This document shows positions 1 to 10,099 of a stretch of 64,000 nt of DNA, one piece after another; the first letter of the stretch is position 1, and each line of letters starts with the position of its first letter. Source of the DNA: Syntrophales bacterium (lineage in GTDB: Bacteria; Desulfobacterota; Syntrophia; Syntrophales; PHBD01); contig OY764159.1 of NCBI GenBank assembly GCA_963668175.1, positions 3,520,001-3,584,000 of the forward strand. The letters run 5' to 3'. The translations under genes and the position numbers were made by a program. A model generated the notes under the pieces. It was given only the letters and a program-made list of their open reading frames with translations, was not told the origin of the DNA and searched no databases.

Positions 1-75
1 TGCTCCGGGTTACGTTGTAGCCGCAATCGCCGCAGGACCGGCCGTTTGCGGCGAAGCGCCACCGGCAACCCCTTC

Positions 76-804
76 CTAACAGGCGGCCGAGAACAGCAGA
101 TACTTCTTCCGCGCCTCGTCGTCCTCCTGCAATTCGTCGATCGTGCCGCTGTATCCGATAAAACCCTTACCCATCAGATAAACGCGGGTCGCAAGCGACA
201 GGGCCACATTCAGATTATGCTCCACCAGAAGGATCGAAACGCCCGCCTTGTTGATTTCGGCCAGCACGTTTCTGACCTCTTCGACCATGAGCGGCGCCAG
301 GCCTTCCGTGGGCTCGTCGACGAGAAGCAGCTTCGGATTGCCCATCAGGGCTCGCCCGATGGACAGCATCTGCTGCTCGCCGCCGGACAGATATCTTCCC
401 TGCTGGTGGATCCTGTCCCGCAACTTGGGGAAGTGGTGAAAGATTCTCTCGACCGTCCAGCCGTCTCCTCCGGCCGCAGCCTGAACCTTTCCCTTCTTGA
501 TCCCCAGGAGCAGGTTGTCCAGTACGGACAGTTCCGGGAAGATCCTTCTTTCCTCCGGCACATAGCCGATTCCTGCCCGGGCCACCTTGTGACAGGCCGA
601 GCCGGCGTATTCCTTGCCTTCGTATACGACAGAGCCGGTCTTCGGCTTCACCAGCCCGATGATGCTTTTCAGGGCCGTACTCTTTCCCATGCCGTTCCTG
701 CCCAGCAGGCCGACAATTTCGCCGGCGGCAATATGGAGAGAAATGCCCTGCAAGATATGGCTTGCACCGTAGTACGTATTCAGTTCGCTGACTTTTAACA
801 GCAT
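76..804 (-). CDS. livF: Branched-chain-type ABC transporter ATP-binding subunit (LivF-like)
   Basis: Walker A GRNGMGKS, signature LSGGEQQML, Walker B LLLVDEPTEG, LLVEHN. Confidence 0.9.
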   Translation of the reverse strand: MLLKVSELNTYYGASHILQGISLHIAAGEIVGLLGRNGMGKSTALKSIIGLVKPKTGSVVYEGKEYAGSACHKVARAGIGYVPEERRIFPELSVLDNLLLGIKKGKVQAAAGGDGWTVERIFHHFPKLRDRIHQQGRYLSGGEQQMLSIGRALMGNPKLLLVDEPTEGLAPLMVEEVRNVLAEINKAGVSILLVEHNLNVALSLATRVYLMGKGFIGYSGTIDELQEDDEARKKYLLFSAAC

Positions 805-862
805 GCGTTCATCCTATATAATCTGTCGTTGTTCTGTTAGGCACGTTCGCCGGTGCCGTTCC

Positions 863-1627
863 CTATCCTTCGCATATCGCCCTGCAATCCAGGTTCCCGA
901 GATAGGCATCCTTCACCTCCTGATTGGAACAGATCGCATCGGGCGTTCCCGTCGCCAGAACGCGGCCGTAATGAAGCACGGTGATCCGGTCGGCCAGCGA
1001 AAAGACGACGTCCATGTCGTGTTCGATAATGACGACCGTTTTGCCTTCCGTTAACTTCTTGATGAGCTCGATGGTATACTTGCTCTCATCGTACGACATG
1101 CCGGCCGCAAACTCGTCGAGAAGCACCAGTTCCGGATTGATTGCGAGCGCCATGCCGATCTCAAGGGCGCGGTTCTTGCCGTAGGAAAGCTTGCTGGCCG
1201 GGATGTTGCGTTCCTCGACCAGGTTGATCCGTTCGAGCATATCTTCGGTCTCCCTCGTGATCTCGGACATCCTGTCGATCCGGCGCCAGAGATTGAACCG
1301 GATGTTTCTTTTGGCGAGAACCGCAAGGCGAATATTCTGGAACGCCGTCATCCAGGGGAAGGTGCTCGTGATCTGAAAGGAACGTCCGATGCCGATTCTC
1401 GCCAGCCGGTCCGGAGACAATCCGGTCACATCCCGTCCCTTGAACAGAATCCTCCCTTTGCTCGGGTTGTACATACCTGTGATCACGTTGAAAAGGGTCG
1501 TCTTTCCGGCTCCGTTCGGCCCGATGATGGCGTGGCGCTCTCCCTCCCTGATCAGCAGGTTGACGCCCATAAGGACTTTCAATCCGCTGAAATCGTGATG
1601 CAGGTCTTCGATCACCAGGATACTCAT
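863..1627 (-). CDS. livG: Branched-chain-type ABC transporter ATP-binding subunit (LivG-like)
   Basis: GPNGAGKTT, GIGRSFQ, LSYG, IEHDMDVV, C-terminal VKDAYLG. Confidence 0.9.
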   Translation of the reverse strand: MSILVIEDLHHDFSGLKVLMGVNLLIREGERHAIIGPNGAGKTTLFNVITGMYNPSKGRILFKGRDVTGLSPDRLARIGIGRSFQITSTFPWMTAFQNIRLAVLAKRNIRFNLWRRIDRMSEITRETEDMLERINLVEERNIPASKLSYGKNRALEIGMALAINPELVLLDEFAAGMSYDESKYTIELIKKLTEGKTVVIIEHDMDVVFSLADRITVLHYGRVLATGTPDAICSNQEVKDAYLGNLDCRAICEG

Positions 1628-1638
1628 GTATTCTTCTC

Positions 1639-2637
1639 CTAATCCACTTTCGCAGTCGATGCGACTTTTCCCTTCATCGTCATCTTTGTTTTCATTTTGG
1701 ACATTCCCTTTTTTATGAGACCGATAATGCCCGTAGGGGCAAACAGCATCACGATCACAAGGATCGTGCCCGTCAGCAGTTCGATCTTGTCCGTATAACG
1801 GCTGGCCATTTCTTCGATAACCTGGAAGAAAGCCGTCCCCAGCACCGGTCCGAAGAAATTCGAGGCGCCGCCCACTACCGTGCTGACGATGGGTATGTAA
1901 AACACCAGCAGAGAGCCTTCCGGAGAAGCCAGATTATTGAACAGGGTGTATATCGAACCGGCCACACCCGCGAAGGCGGCCGAAGCGATATAGATGACGG
2001 CCTTGGCATGGCTCACCTTGAAGCCCAGATAGGTGATCCTTCGTTCGTTGTCGCGGATGCCTATCTGAACCTGCCCGAAAGGCGTCTTCGTGAAAAACCA
2101 CATGAGCCACACGCAGATTCCCAAAACGATAACGGCAAAATAATAGAAATGATCGTATGCCCCCTGGATGGAAATCGGATTCAGGCCGGGTATTTCAAGG
2201 GCCGGAATGCGGAAATTGCCGATACCGTCTTCGCCCCCTGTTATCTCCTTCAGCCTGTATGCGAGAACGACCATGAACAGATTGAAAGCGAGGTGCCACA
2301 TGGCGAACGAATGCGTCAGCCGGACGGCCAGGGGGCAAAGAATGGCCGCCACGACGACGGCTGCAAGCACGCCGATAGCCAAGGCCGGAAAAAGCGACAA
2401 TCCGTCAATATGCTTCAATGCCAGGGCGATGCCGTAACTCCCGGCGCCGAAGAAAATGGCATGTCCGAAATTCAGGATGCCGGTATATCCCAGAAGCATG
2501 TTGAATGAGACGGAAAAGACGGAAAAGACGGCAAACGTGACGAGCAGGTTGGTATAGTAAGGTCCGACCTTGGGGATCAAAGCCAGCATTATGATCAAAA
2601 CCGGCCACAGGGCCATGTGATATGTTTTTATTTTCAT
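1639..2637 (-). CDS. livM: Branched-chain-type ABC transporter permease (LivM-like)
   Basis: GYTGILNFGHAIFFG, TGGEDGI, IRDNE motifs; start set at MKIKT, an ATGA overlap with the upstream permease stop. Confidence 0.88.
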   Translation of the reverse strand: MKIKTYHMALWPVLIIMLALIPKVGPYYTNLLVTFAVFSVFSVSFNMLLGYTGILNFGHAIFFGAGSYGIALALKHIDGLSLFPALAIGVLAAVVVAAILCPLAVRLTHSFAMWHLAFNLFMVVLAYRLKEITGGEDGIGNFRIPALEIPGLNPISIQGAYDHFYYFAVIVLGICVWLMWFFTKTPFGQVQIGIRDNERRITYLGFKVSHAKAVIYIASAAFAGVAGSIYTLFNNLASPEGSLLVFYIPIVSTVVGGASNFFGPVLGTAFFQVIEEMASRYTDKIELLTGTILVIVMLFAPTGIIGLIKKGMSKMKTKMTMKGKVASTAKVD

Positions 2638-3506
2638 TCTTTCGCTCCAAACAAGCCTTGAGGACGGATAGACAGGACGACGACCATGAATCCCATCATG
2701 AGGACGGGAGCCAATGAGGAGAGGAACTGAATACCGAAGGCGCTCAACATACCGCATATCAGGGATACGATCAGGGCCCCCAGGAGACTGCCGAAACCTC
2801 CCGTGATCACGACGATGAAGGCGTCGAATCCTATCTGGTCGGCCAATCCCGGATAGACGGTCAGGATGGGAGCGATGACGACACCGGCAATACCGGCGAG
2901 CCAGATGCCGAAGCCGAAAACCGACATGTACACGAAGGAAACGTTGATCCCGAGCGCACTGACCATCCCGCTGTCGGAAACCGCGGCGCGAACGATCTTG
3001 CCCAGACGGGTTTTATAAAGAAGCATGGTCATCATTACGATGACCACCAGGCCGAGAGCGATTACAAAAAGCCTGTATTTGGGATAATCGAGGCCCGCTA
3101 CGGACACCATGCCTTCAAGAACGGACGGTTCCGGGACGGGGAGAAACTCCGTCCCCCATGCGGATTTGACGATGCCCGTAATCATGATCGATATCCCCAG
3201 CGTGAAGATCATTTCGCCGAGATAACCGAAGGCATGCACCCGTCTCAGTAAAAACCTTTCCATGAGTATCCCCAGAAAGGCCGTGGCCAGCGGCGCAAGA
3301 AGCAGCGCCATCCAAAAGCTCCCCGTCATACCCGAGATCTGGTAGCAGAAGTAGGCCGCCAGCATGAAAAAAGCGGCATGGGCCAGGTTCAGTATACCCA
3401 TCATCCCGTACACGACCGTCAAACCGGAAGCGATGAGAAACAGGATCATGCCATAGGCAAGCCCGTGGATTGCCTGCGCCACATACATAGAAATTATTGG
3501 ATCCAT
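2634..3506 (-). CDS. livH: Branched-chain-type ABC transporter permease (LivH-like)
   Basis: GLTVVYGMMGILNLAHAAF, TRLGKIVRA, RPQGLFG. Confidence 0.9.
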   Translation of the reverse strand: MDPIISMYVAQAIHGLAYGMILFLIASGLTVVYGMMGILNLAHAAFFMLAAYFCYQISGMTGSFWMALLLAPLATAFLGILMERFLLRRVHAFGYLGEMIFTLGISIMITGIVKSAWGTEFLPVPEPSVLEGMVSVAGLDYPKYRLFVIALGLVVIVMMTMLLYKTRLGKIVRAAVSDSGMVSALGINVSFVYMSVFGFGIWLAGIAGVVIAPILTVYPGLADQIGFDAFIVVITGGFGSLLGALIVSLICGMLSAFGIQFLSSLAPVLMMGFMVVVLSIRPQGLFGAKE

Positions 3507-3587
3507 CCGTTCATCCTCTGCGAGTTGGCGACCGGAACGCGCTTTGTGCCTCTCGTAAGCATGTTCCGGCCGCGCTGTGTTGTTGGT

Positions 3588-5072
3588 TCAATCCCCCCAA
3601 TTGTTCTTACCCCGGCATCGATCGAGCTTCTGATCCATCCAAGGCAAGACCTTGGCGGCCGGTATCCTGTACGACGGTCCGGCCGCACAGGCATTCTTCC
3701 ACCAGTAGTGAGGCGGAATATTGAAGGACACCTTCTGCATGTCCGGCGGAACGTATTCGGATATGCCGAGATCCTGAATAACCTTATGATCGCACGCCCT
3801 CATCTTGACGATTTTACCGTTGTTGAACTGATAAACGTCGCCCTCCCAGACCTTGATGATCTTCTCGGGATCGGTGCTCTTCGCCCTTTCTATGACGCTG
3901 AACAGCCAGAAGGTCTGTTCGATCCACGCCCCGAAGTTACCCAGGGGGTACTGATAGAGCAGCGTGTTGTACGGCGCCTTCCATTTCGTTTTCCACAAAT
4001 TGTTCCATGTTTTGAGATATCGCGACCATTCCGGGTCGTTGGCCGGGAATGTGGGGTGTTCTCCGCGAATGTTGGTCTCTCCCCCGTATTGGGTGATATT
4101 GACCAGATTCTTCGTCCCTTCGATGCCGATTTCATTCAACGTATTGGGCTCGTCGAGGAACAGATTGGCCATGGGAGTCATAATTCCCATTTTTCTCGCC
4201 TGCTTAAGCAGGTTGGAGCCGTCGGGAATCCAGTCGCCGGTATAGACAACCTCGGCGCCGGATGCCTTGATCTTCTCAAGATAGGGTGCGAAATCGGTGA
4301 GAATGAGTTTATGGTAATCCTCGCCGACGATCTGCGCCTGGGGATAGTACTCCTTCAAGCCCTGCTTGAATCCGTCCGCGAGTATGTGGCCGAACGAGTA
4401 ATCCTGACAGAGGATGTAGAATTTCTTTTCTTTTTTCCTGATCTGTCCGTAATAGTAGGCCATCCCCCTCCCGATCTGCCCGGTGGACCAGCCCGTCATG
4501 AACGAATAGCGGGAGAAGTTCGTGGCGTCCTGGAGTTCGTCGGACATGCCGGCGGCGCTCATGGAAATGATCTTGTACTTGGCCGCCGTGTCGTTGATGA
4601 TTTTCATAAGCTGGCTTCCACTCGTTCCCCAATAGACATGGATCTTGTTCTGCAAGGCCATTCTCTCGGCGATCTTTTTGGTCTGGTCCGTTTTTTCCAT
4701 CGTGTCGGCCTTGATGACTTCGACCAGCTTCTTCTTCCCATCCACCCAGATGCCTCCGCTTTTGTTGATCATATGCGCCGACCACTGGACACACAGGAAA
4801 TGGAGTTGTCCATTGATGGCGGACGGACCGGAAAACGGCGATATAACGGCTATCTTGATCGTATCTCCCGTCGGTATGATGGGATTGGCGGGATCGAAGT
4901 CGGACATGTCGACATTCAGGAGTTTTCTGTCAAAAGCGGCATTGAATTTGATTTTCTGATCCGGCTTCTTCTCCTTTTTAGCAGCAAGAGCGGGAGACAT
5001 GGCACAGGGAAGCAGAGACAGGCAAAAAACCATCAGAAGAAGAATCGGAGCAAGCTTACCGACCTGTTTCAT
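3588..5072 (-). CDS. ABC transporter substrate-binding protein (LivJ/K-like, type I periplasmic binding fold)
   Basis: Signal peptide, IKIAVISPFSGP, INKSGG, QDYSFG, TDFAPYLEKIKASGAE; GGAGG RBS. Confidence 0.85.
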   Translation of the reverse strand: MKQVGKLAPILLLMVFCLSLLPCAMSPALAAKKEKKPDQKIKFNAAFDRKLLNVDMSDFDPANPIIPTGDTIKIAVISPFSGPSAINGQLHFLCVQWSAHMINKSGGIWVDGKKKLVEVIKADTMEKTDQTKKIAERMALQNKIHVYWGTSGSQLMKIINDTAAKYKIISMSAAGMSDELQDATNFSRYSFMTGWSTGQIGRGMAYYYGQIRKKEKKFYILCQDYSFGHILADGFKQGLKEYYPQAQIVGEDYHKLILTDFAPYLEKIKASGAEVVYTGDWIPDGSNLLKQARKMGIMTPMANLFLDEPNTLNEIGIEGTKNLVNITQYGGETNIRGEHPTFPANDPEWSRYLKTWNNLWKTKWKAPYNTLLYQYPLGNFGAWIEQTFWLFSVIERAKSTDPEKIIKVWEGDVYQFNNGKIVKMRACDHKVIQDLGISEYVPPDMQKVSFNIPPHYWWKNACAAGPSYRIPAAKVLPWMDQKLDRCRGKNNWGD

Positions 5073-5121
5073 TTACACCTCCTTGAATATTTTAAAACAG
5101 TTCAAACTTCAAACCAATCGA

Positions 5122-5622
5122 TTATTTAACGAACTTAATGGACTTGACGATTTTAGAGAAGTCGTCGTACTTGTAAGGATAACCGACGGGTACCGTATTG
5201 ACCATAACAATGTACCACTTGCCGTTTTTCTCGACACCGAGGGCGACGCCGGCGGCGGCATAGCCGGAGTTGGGCTCGATGAATTCGGTCTCGGTTATGT
5301 ACGCCTTGCTTCCGTCGGCAGTGACGGTCTCCTTGGGGGAATCGGCTTTGAATTCTTTCGCGCTCTCCTTATTGGCCTCGTTCAGGACGTCCAGAAATTT
5401 CGCTCCCGGCGCGTCGAAGGCGATGACGAGCTGCCACGGACATCCGCTGGGTTTCTGGGCCTGAAAAAGGACGGCCGGCGACGCCCCCTTCAACACTTTC
5501 CAGTCCGAGGGATACTGGATGGAGAATTCCTTCGACGTAAACTCCGCCGCCGACAAAGGCATAGCGAATGCGACTAAAAACAAGGTAACCATGATCAATA
5601 GGGATAAAGTTCTTTTAAACAT
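5122..5622 (-). CDS. Secreted hypothetical protein, PsbP/Mog1-like
   Basis: Signal peptide; FSIQYPSDW near the N-terminus and FSKIVKSIKF at the C-terminus resemble PsbP-like domains; GGAGG RBS. Confidence 0.6.
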   Translation of the reverse strand: MFKRTLSLLIMVTLFLVAFAMPLSAAEFTSKEFSIQYPSDWKVLKGASPAVLFQAQKPSGCPWQLVIAFDAPGAKFLDVLNEANKESAKEFKADSPKETVTADGSKAYITETEFIEPNSGYAAAGVALGVEKNGKWYIVMVNTVPVGYPYKYDDFSKIVKSIKFVK

Positions 5623-5800
5623 TGTACACCTCCATATGCTCTTGCGTTTATAGAATTTAACACAACCATGACAAGATTCCCTAGCTTTACGACTTCAAAA
5701 TAACGACTTCAGACCACCTCCCCTCTCTCGCGGCCCCTGCCTGAAGACCGGGACCGCCTCACGGCCGGGCAACCGCACACCTGCCCCCCCTAAAAACCCG

Positions 5801-6673
5801 CTACCTTTGAAATATCTCATACGTGGAAATCGTTTCCAGGTAATGGTCGGGATTGTTCCGAACCAGCATGTCCAGTTCCCTGGCATCTTCTCCAACGAGT
5901 ATCCTCAGGCTCTTAGCCTTGATGCCTTCGACGATGATCGCCGCGGCCGCCTCCGGAGACAGAATTTCCCCGCTCTCATAGTACTGCTGAAAGTATTGGC
6001 TTTCGCGTTCGGCCGTCTCGATCTTTTCCGCCAGGGCGGCCTCGTCCAGACCGAACTTCCCGCTGAACAACTTCATATGCCCCAGGCTGTTGTTAACGAC
6101 GTTGGTCCTGACGGCACCGGGGAAGACGCAGGATACTCCGATATTTGAATGAATCAGTTCGGCGGCCAGCGTTTCCGTGAACGCCCGTACGGCCGCCTTG
6201 CTCGCGTTATAGGCCGACGATTTGGGAAAGGCGGCAATCGCATAGATACTCGATACATTGGCGATGTGCGCCTCCGGCCTCTTTCGGAGGGCGGGAAGAA
6301 ACGCCTTACAGCCGTAAACCACCCCCCAGAAATTGATATTCATGAGGGATTCAAAATAATCGTAAGGGATCTCTTCGATCGGACACCGGGTCGATATACC
6401 CGCGTTATTGATCACGATATCGACCTGGCCGTGCTCTTTTTCCACAAGTTCGGCAAAGGCGTAAACGTCGTCGCGTACACTCACATCCAGCCGATGAGAC
6501 GTGATTTTCCGGTCCGCCCGGCCGGCAAGGGACGCCGTTTCGTCGAGCATGTCCTTATCGCGGTCGGCGATGGCCAGATGACAGCCCAGCCCCGCCAGAT
6601 ACACGGCCATAGCCCGGCCCATGCCCGAGGCAGCGCCCGTGACTACTGCTACCTTTTGATCAAAATCTTTCAT
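5801..6673 (-). CDS. Short-chain dehydrogenase/reductase
   Basis: TGAASGMG, NNAG, NVSS, YNASK. Confidence 0.92.
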   Translation of the reverse strand: MKDFDQKVAVVTGAASGMGRAMAVYLAGLGCHLAIADRDKDMLDETASLAGRADRKITSHRLDVSVRDDVYAFAELVEKEHGQVDIVINNAGISTRCPIEEIPYDYFESLMNINFWGVVYGCKAFLPALRKRPEAHIANVSSIYAIAAFPKSSAYNASKAAVRAFTETLAAELIHSNIGVSCVFPGAVRTNVVNNSLGHMKLFSGKFGLDEAALAEKIETAERESQYFQQYYESGEILSPEAAAAIIVEGIKAKSLRILVGEDARELDMLVRNNPDHYLETISTYEIFQR

Positions 6674-6681
6674 ACAGCCTG

Positions 6682-7251
6682 CTACTCCTTATTCTCCAAG
6701 AAGCCTTGGATGATTTTACGGGTTCCTTCCGTCATGAGTTCGACGACCCTTTGGTCGCTGAATCGCTGTGTCTGCATCCAGTTCTTAAGCGACGCCACAC
6801 CATGCACGAAAATCCAGAGCAGGAAATTGAGCCTGCGCAGCTGCTCCTTCGTCAAGCCTTTCACCAACGGATCGCGCGATAGTTCCTCGCTGTGCTGGTC
6901 GAACGTCGCATCCCCGTATTTCGCCTGCCAGGCGCTGTGGCTCTCATCGTTGATCGCGTGAAATAAATGCGACTCCTCGCGGGCAAACATGATGTAGCCG
7001 ATGCTCCGGTCCAGAGACCTGTTCCCCGTATAGGGCTTCGACTGGTATTCCTTGAGCAGCGCCATAGCCTTCCTGACAATCTCTTCTTCCAAATCGACCA
7101 TCGACTTAAACTGGTGATAAATCGGCATCGTGGACAGATTGAGTTCTTTGGCAATGGACCGAGCCGACAGTTTCGCCCAACCGTATCTGCGCACGACGTT
7201 GAACGCCGCTTCGATGATTTCCTGTTGAGATACTTTCAGGCTTGCCGGCAT
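6682..7251 (-). CDS. TetR/AcrR family regulator (WHG-like C-terminus)
   Basis: HTH LSARSIAKELNLSTMPIYHQF; LWIFVHGVASL; start set at ATG 7251. Confidence 0.88.
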   Translation of the reverse strand: MPASLKVSQQEIIEAAFNVVRRYGWAKLSARSIAKELNLSTMPIYHQFKSMVDLEEEIVRKAMALLKEYQSKPYTGNRSLDRSIGYIMFAREESHLFHAINDESHSAWQAKYGDATFDQHSEELSRDPLVKGLTKEQLRRLNFLLWIFVHGVASLKNWMQTQRFSDQRVVELMTEGTRKIIQGFLENKE

Positions 7252-7265
7252 TGGCGACCCATTCG

Positions 7266-7335
7266 ATAACACCCTTTATTAATAACGATCGTTATTGATA
7301 ATGGGTGTTATAGTTATGCCGTTTCGCTTTGTCAA
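7266..7335 (-). promoter_or_regulatory. Sigma70 promoter overlapped by a triple palindromic operator
   Basis: Minus-strand TTGACA (7335-7330), 17 nt, TATAAC (7312-7307); 46-bp inverted repeat 7266-7311 with 2 mismatches. Confidence 0.75.
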
Positions 7336-7500
7336 GTCCTTTTTTCGCCATTTTCACAACTGCCCATTATGACTTGATATTTTCGCAGAAAAGGGATTGC
7401 CCGTACGCATTCATTCCGGTCGTATCCCTTGCCATACAGGCTGAGCCGACTTTCTGACGGCGATGAGGATGCAGTCCGGTGGGTTCTCAGTGCCTGAAAG

Positions 7501-7705
7501 GATCACAAGAAGCACATCATATCCTTGAGACGAAAACGCAGACTTCGTCCCAGGCTAATCTGCACTGAGATGAATCGGTTTTATGGAATAAAGCTGTCGC
7601 TTACTACAATCTATAGGATTCTCAAAAAAAGCGAGATGCCGCGGACGGATCGTGAAAGAACTTATCGCAAGGAAAATAGGCGTTATAGTCGTCCGATGCC
7701 CGAAG
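7501..7705 (+). pseudogene. IS481-family transposase remnant
   Basis: Frame reads HIISLRRKRRLRPRLICTEMNRFYGIKLSLTTIYRILKK...RRYSRPMP, resembling the IS481 HTH region that precedes the DDE domain; no DDE core follows. Confidence 0.55.
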
Positions 7706-8107
7706 TGAAAAGCGGATTTTACTTTAGTGGCAATGGCTTATTGATGGCTACCAAGAGGAGATACCGGATAGTTCCCGTCATTCCGATTAAAGTCGGATTG
7801 CGATCGACATCCGCCGCCGAGATCATTCTGCAGGAAAGGAGGAGGGACCGGCTTATGGCGGCCGGCCCCTTATAGCAGAGACGGGAGTATATGCAGCCAC
7901 CGATTAAAACATTGCTTCTACTCCGTCCTGCGCTGGAGCGACATTGGCATCCGTCGGCATCCGTGTCATGGATGCATATCGCAGGAATACATACCTTTTG
8001 AATGAGAGCGTCAGCTTGGGCAAGAAGTCCATTTCGGGATTTTCAATCCTGATCCTTCATGAGCAGGAACCCGGTCAGGCTGAAGCAATATGACCGTTTC
8101 TCCCGCA

Positions 8108-9970
8108 TCATCTCCCTTGATCATCTATCGCCCGGTCAGTGTATGATCGGGTATCGGGGACGAACATTGTCGTCGAAACCGCTTCTTCCGCAGAGAGAGG
8201 CCGGCGGCCGTTGTCGGCGCCGAGACCGACCACGTCAACCAACTCTTGAACTACTTCCTCTATTGTAGCCGCCTGGGCATTCATCTCCTCGGAGGCACTC
8301 GCCAATTCCTCGGCATTGGCGGCGTTCTGCTGAACAACCTTGTCCACTTCACGGACGGCCCTGCTGATCTGCTCAATGCCCTGCGCCTGTTCACGGGATG
8401 CATCGTTCATTTCATTAATCAGCGCCGTGGTCTTCTTGCCCGTCTCTCCCATCTCGCGAAACTCAAGGAGGACCCGGTCCACCAATGCGGCGCCCTCTTT
8501 GATGCCGTTCAGCGTTTCTCCGATGATTGCCGCCGTATCTTTCGCCGCATCGGCGGACTTCTTGGCAAGATTTCTGACTTCTTCGGCGACAACGGCGAAT
8601 CCCGCCCCGACTTCGCCGGCGCGGGCGGCCTCTACTGCGGCATTCAGGGCCAGCAGGTTGATCTGAAAAGCGATTTCATCGCTGGTCTTAACGACCTTGG
8701 CGGCCTTGTTTCCCGATTCCGTGACGTGGTTCATGCGAACCTGAGACTCTTTGATGCTCTTATAGCAGGATTTCTGCAAGACATAGGTGGCTTCACCCGC
8801 CCTCACCAGTTCCTCGGCATTATGTGCGGTATTTTTCGTCATCGAACTCATCTCCTCCAGAGTGGATGATGTTTCCTCGATGGCAGACGCCTGTTCCGAT
8901 GCACCTTCCGCCAGGTTCTGGCTTGCAGAAGCGACTTCGCGGAAGGCCGCGGTAATCTGTTCCATGCCGGCATTCAATTGCTCCGAGGCTTTCCGGATCG
9001 GAACCGCGATCCTCGCGGCGGCGAAATAGGCCGCCACGGCTGCGAGCAGGGCGAATAGGACCATTCCTATGAAGATGATATTTCGGACAGCATAAACGGA
9101 GGCCAGCATCTCGTCGACCGGAACCGCCACGATGACACTCCAGCCGTTGATCTTGACAGGCGCGAAACCTGCGTATTTGTCGATCCCGTGGTAAGTGTAT
9201 TTCCGGACACCTGCCTCCCCGGCGGCGGTTTTCCGAATGATCTCCTCCATACCCTGCTCTTTCGCTATGTTGAGCTTAAGAACCTGTTTGGTGTCCGGGT
9301 AGACGATCACCGTCCCTTCCCTGTTGACGATATAGGCGTAACCCGTTTTTCCCAGTTTGACCTGATTGATCTTCGCCGCCAGGTAGGGCACCCGCAACAT
9401 TCCGGCAACCATGCCTATGATGCTGCCGTTCTCGTCCTTCACCGGATAAGGCAGGGCATTGACCGGTGCATTGTACTTTTTCGACATGATGACGGACTCC
9501 ACGCTGGTCTGCCCCTGCATGGTCTTTTTGACGTAGTCCCTGTCCGCGATATTGAAACCCTTGATAACACCCTTGACATCGTCGGCAAAAATGATCGCGT
9601 CCTTTCCCAGAACGACGATCGACTCGTACCGGCTTTCTGTTACGGGCAGAAGCTTATCGAACTCATGTTGCAGCGATTCCGCCTTCTGCGCATCGCCGGC
9701 ATTCATATCCTTCACAGCCGTTATTACGGAGTGCCTCTGGGCCAGCATGGCCATTGCGCCGGATTCCGAAGTAACGACGCTGTCGACCATATCCGCAATG
9801 CTCTTCGCGACAGTGAGCACCTGTGCCTCAGTTTCCTTCTCGATATTCGCCCGGGTGTAATAGACGGCTGCCGCCCCGAGAACAACGACGGGGATAACAG
9901 CCATGAGGCAACCGCCGATCATCAGTTTCGTTTTCAATCCCCCCCTGTTTAAAGACGACCTTCCGATCAT
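8108..9970 (-). CDS. Methyl-accepting chemotaxis protein with Cache sensor domain
   Basis: Two TM helices; Cache-like IADRDYV, GYAYIVN, GWSVIVAVP; signalling tip EIAFQINLLALNAAVEAARAGEVGAGFAVVAEEVRNLA. Confidence 0.93.
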   Translation of the reverse strand: MIGRSSLNRGGLKTKLMIGGCLMAVIPVVVLGAAAVYYTRANIEKETEAQVLTVAKSIADMVDSVVTSESGAMAMLAQRHSVITAVKDMNAGDAQKAESLQHEFDKLLPVTESRYESIVVLGKDAIIFADDVKGVIKGFNIADRDYVKKTMQGQTSVESVIMSKKYNAPVNALPYPVKDENGSIIGMVAGMLRVPYLAAKINQVKLGKTGYAYIVNREGTVIVYPDTKQVLKLNIAKEQGMEEIIRKTAAGEAGVRKYTYHGIDKYAGFAPVKINGWSVIVAVPVDEMLASVYAVRNIIFIGMVLFALLAAVAAYFAAARIAVPIRKASEQLNAGMEQITAAFREVASASQNLAEGASEQASAIEETSSTLEEMSSMTKNTAHNAEELVRAGEATYVLQKSCYKSIKESQVRMNHVTESGNKAAKVVKTSDEIAFQINLLALNAAVEAARAGEVGAGFAVVAEEVRNLAKKSADAAKDTAAIIGETLNGIKEGAALVDRVLLEFREMGETGKKTTALINEMNDASREQAQGIEQISRAVREVDKVVQQNAANAEELASASEEMNAQAATIEEVVQELVDVVGLGADNGRRPLSAEEAVSTTMFVPDTRSYTDRAIDDQGR

Positions 9971-10099
9971 GTGGATTCTCCTTGATAAACGATATTCAAC
10001 GGACGGATCCGTTTACCGATTTAACCGCCTTGATCCTCACTTTTCATGATTTTATTTTGATTTGATGACGACTTGCCGCTTCAACAGACGGCGTTTTCA

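Noticed and set aside
5650..5680. TTGTCAT-N4-GTGTTAA on the minus strand, resembling a Pho box
   Set aside because: Only two units, and it is equally explained as a sigma70 -35 element; the context is unrelated to phosphate
9971..10099. Possible sigma28 promoter or c-di-GMP riboswitch upstream of the MCP
   Set aside because: Only a weak TAAA..TCCGTTGA match and a short hairpin are present; no riboswitch core motif is recognisable
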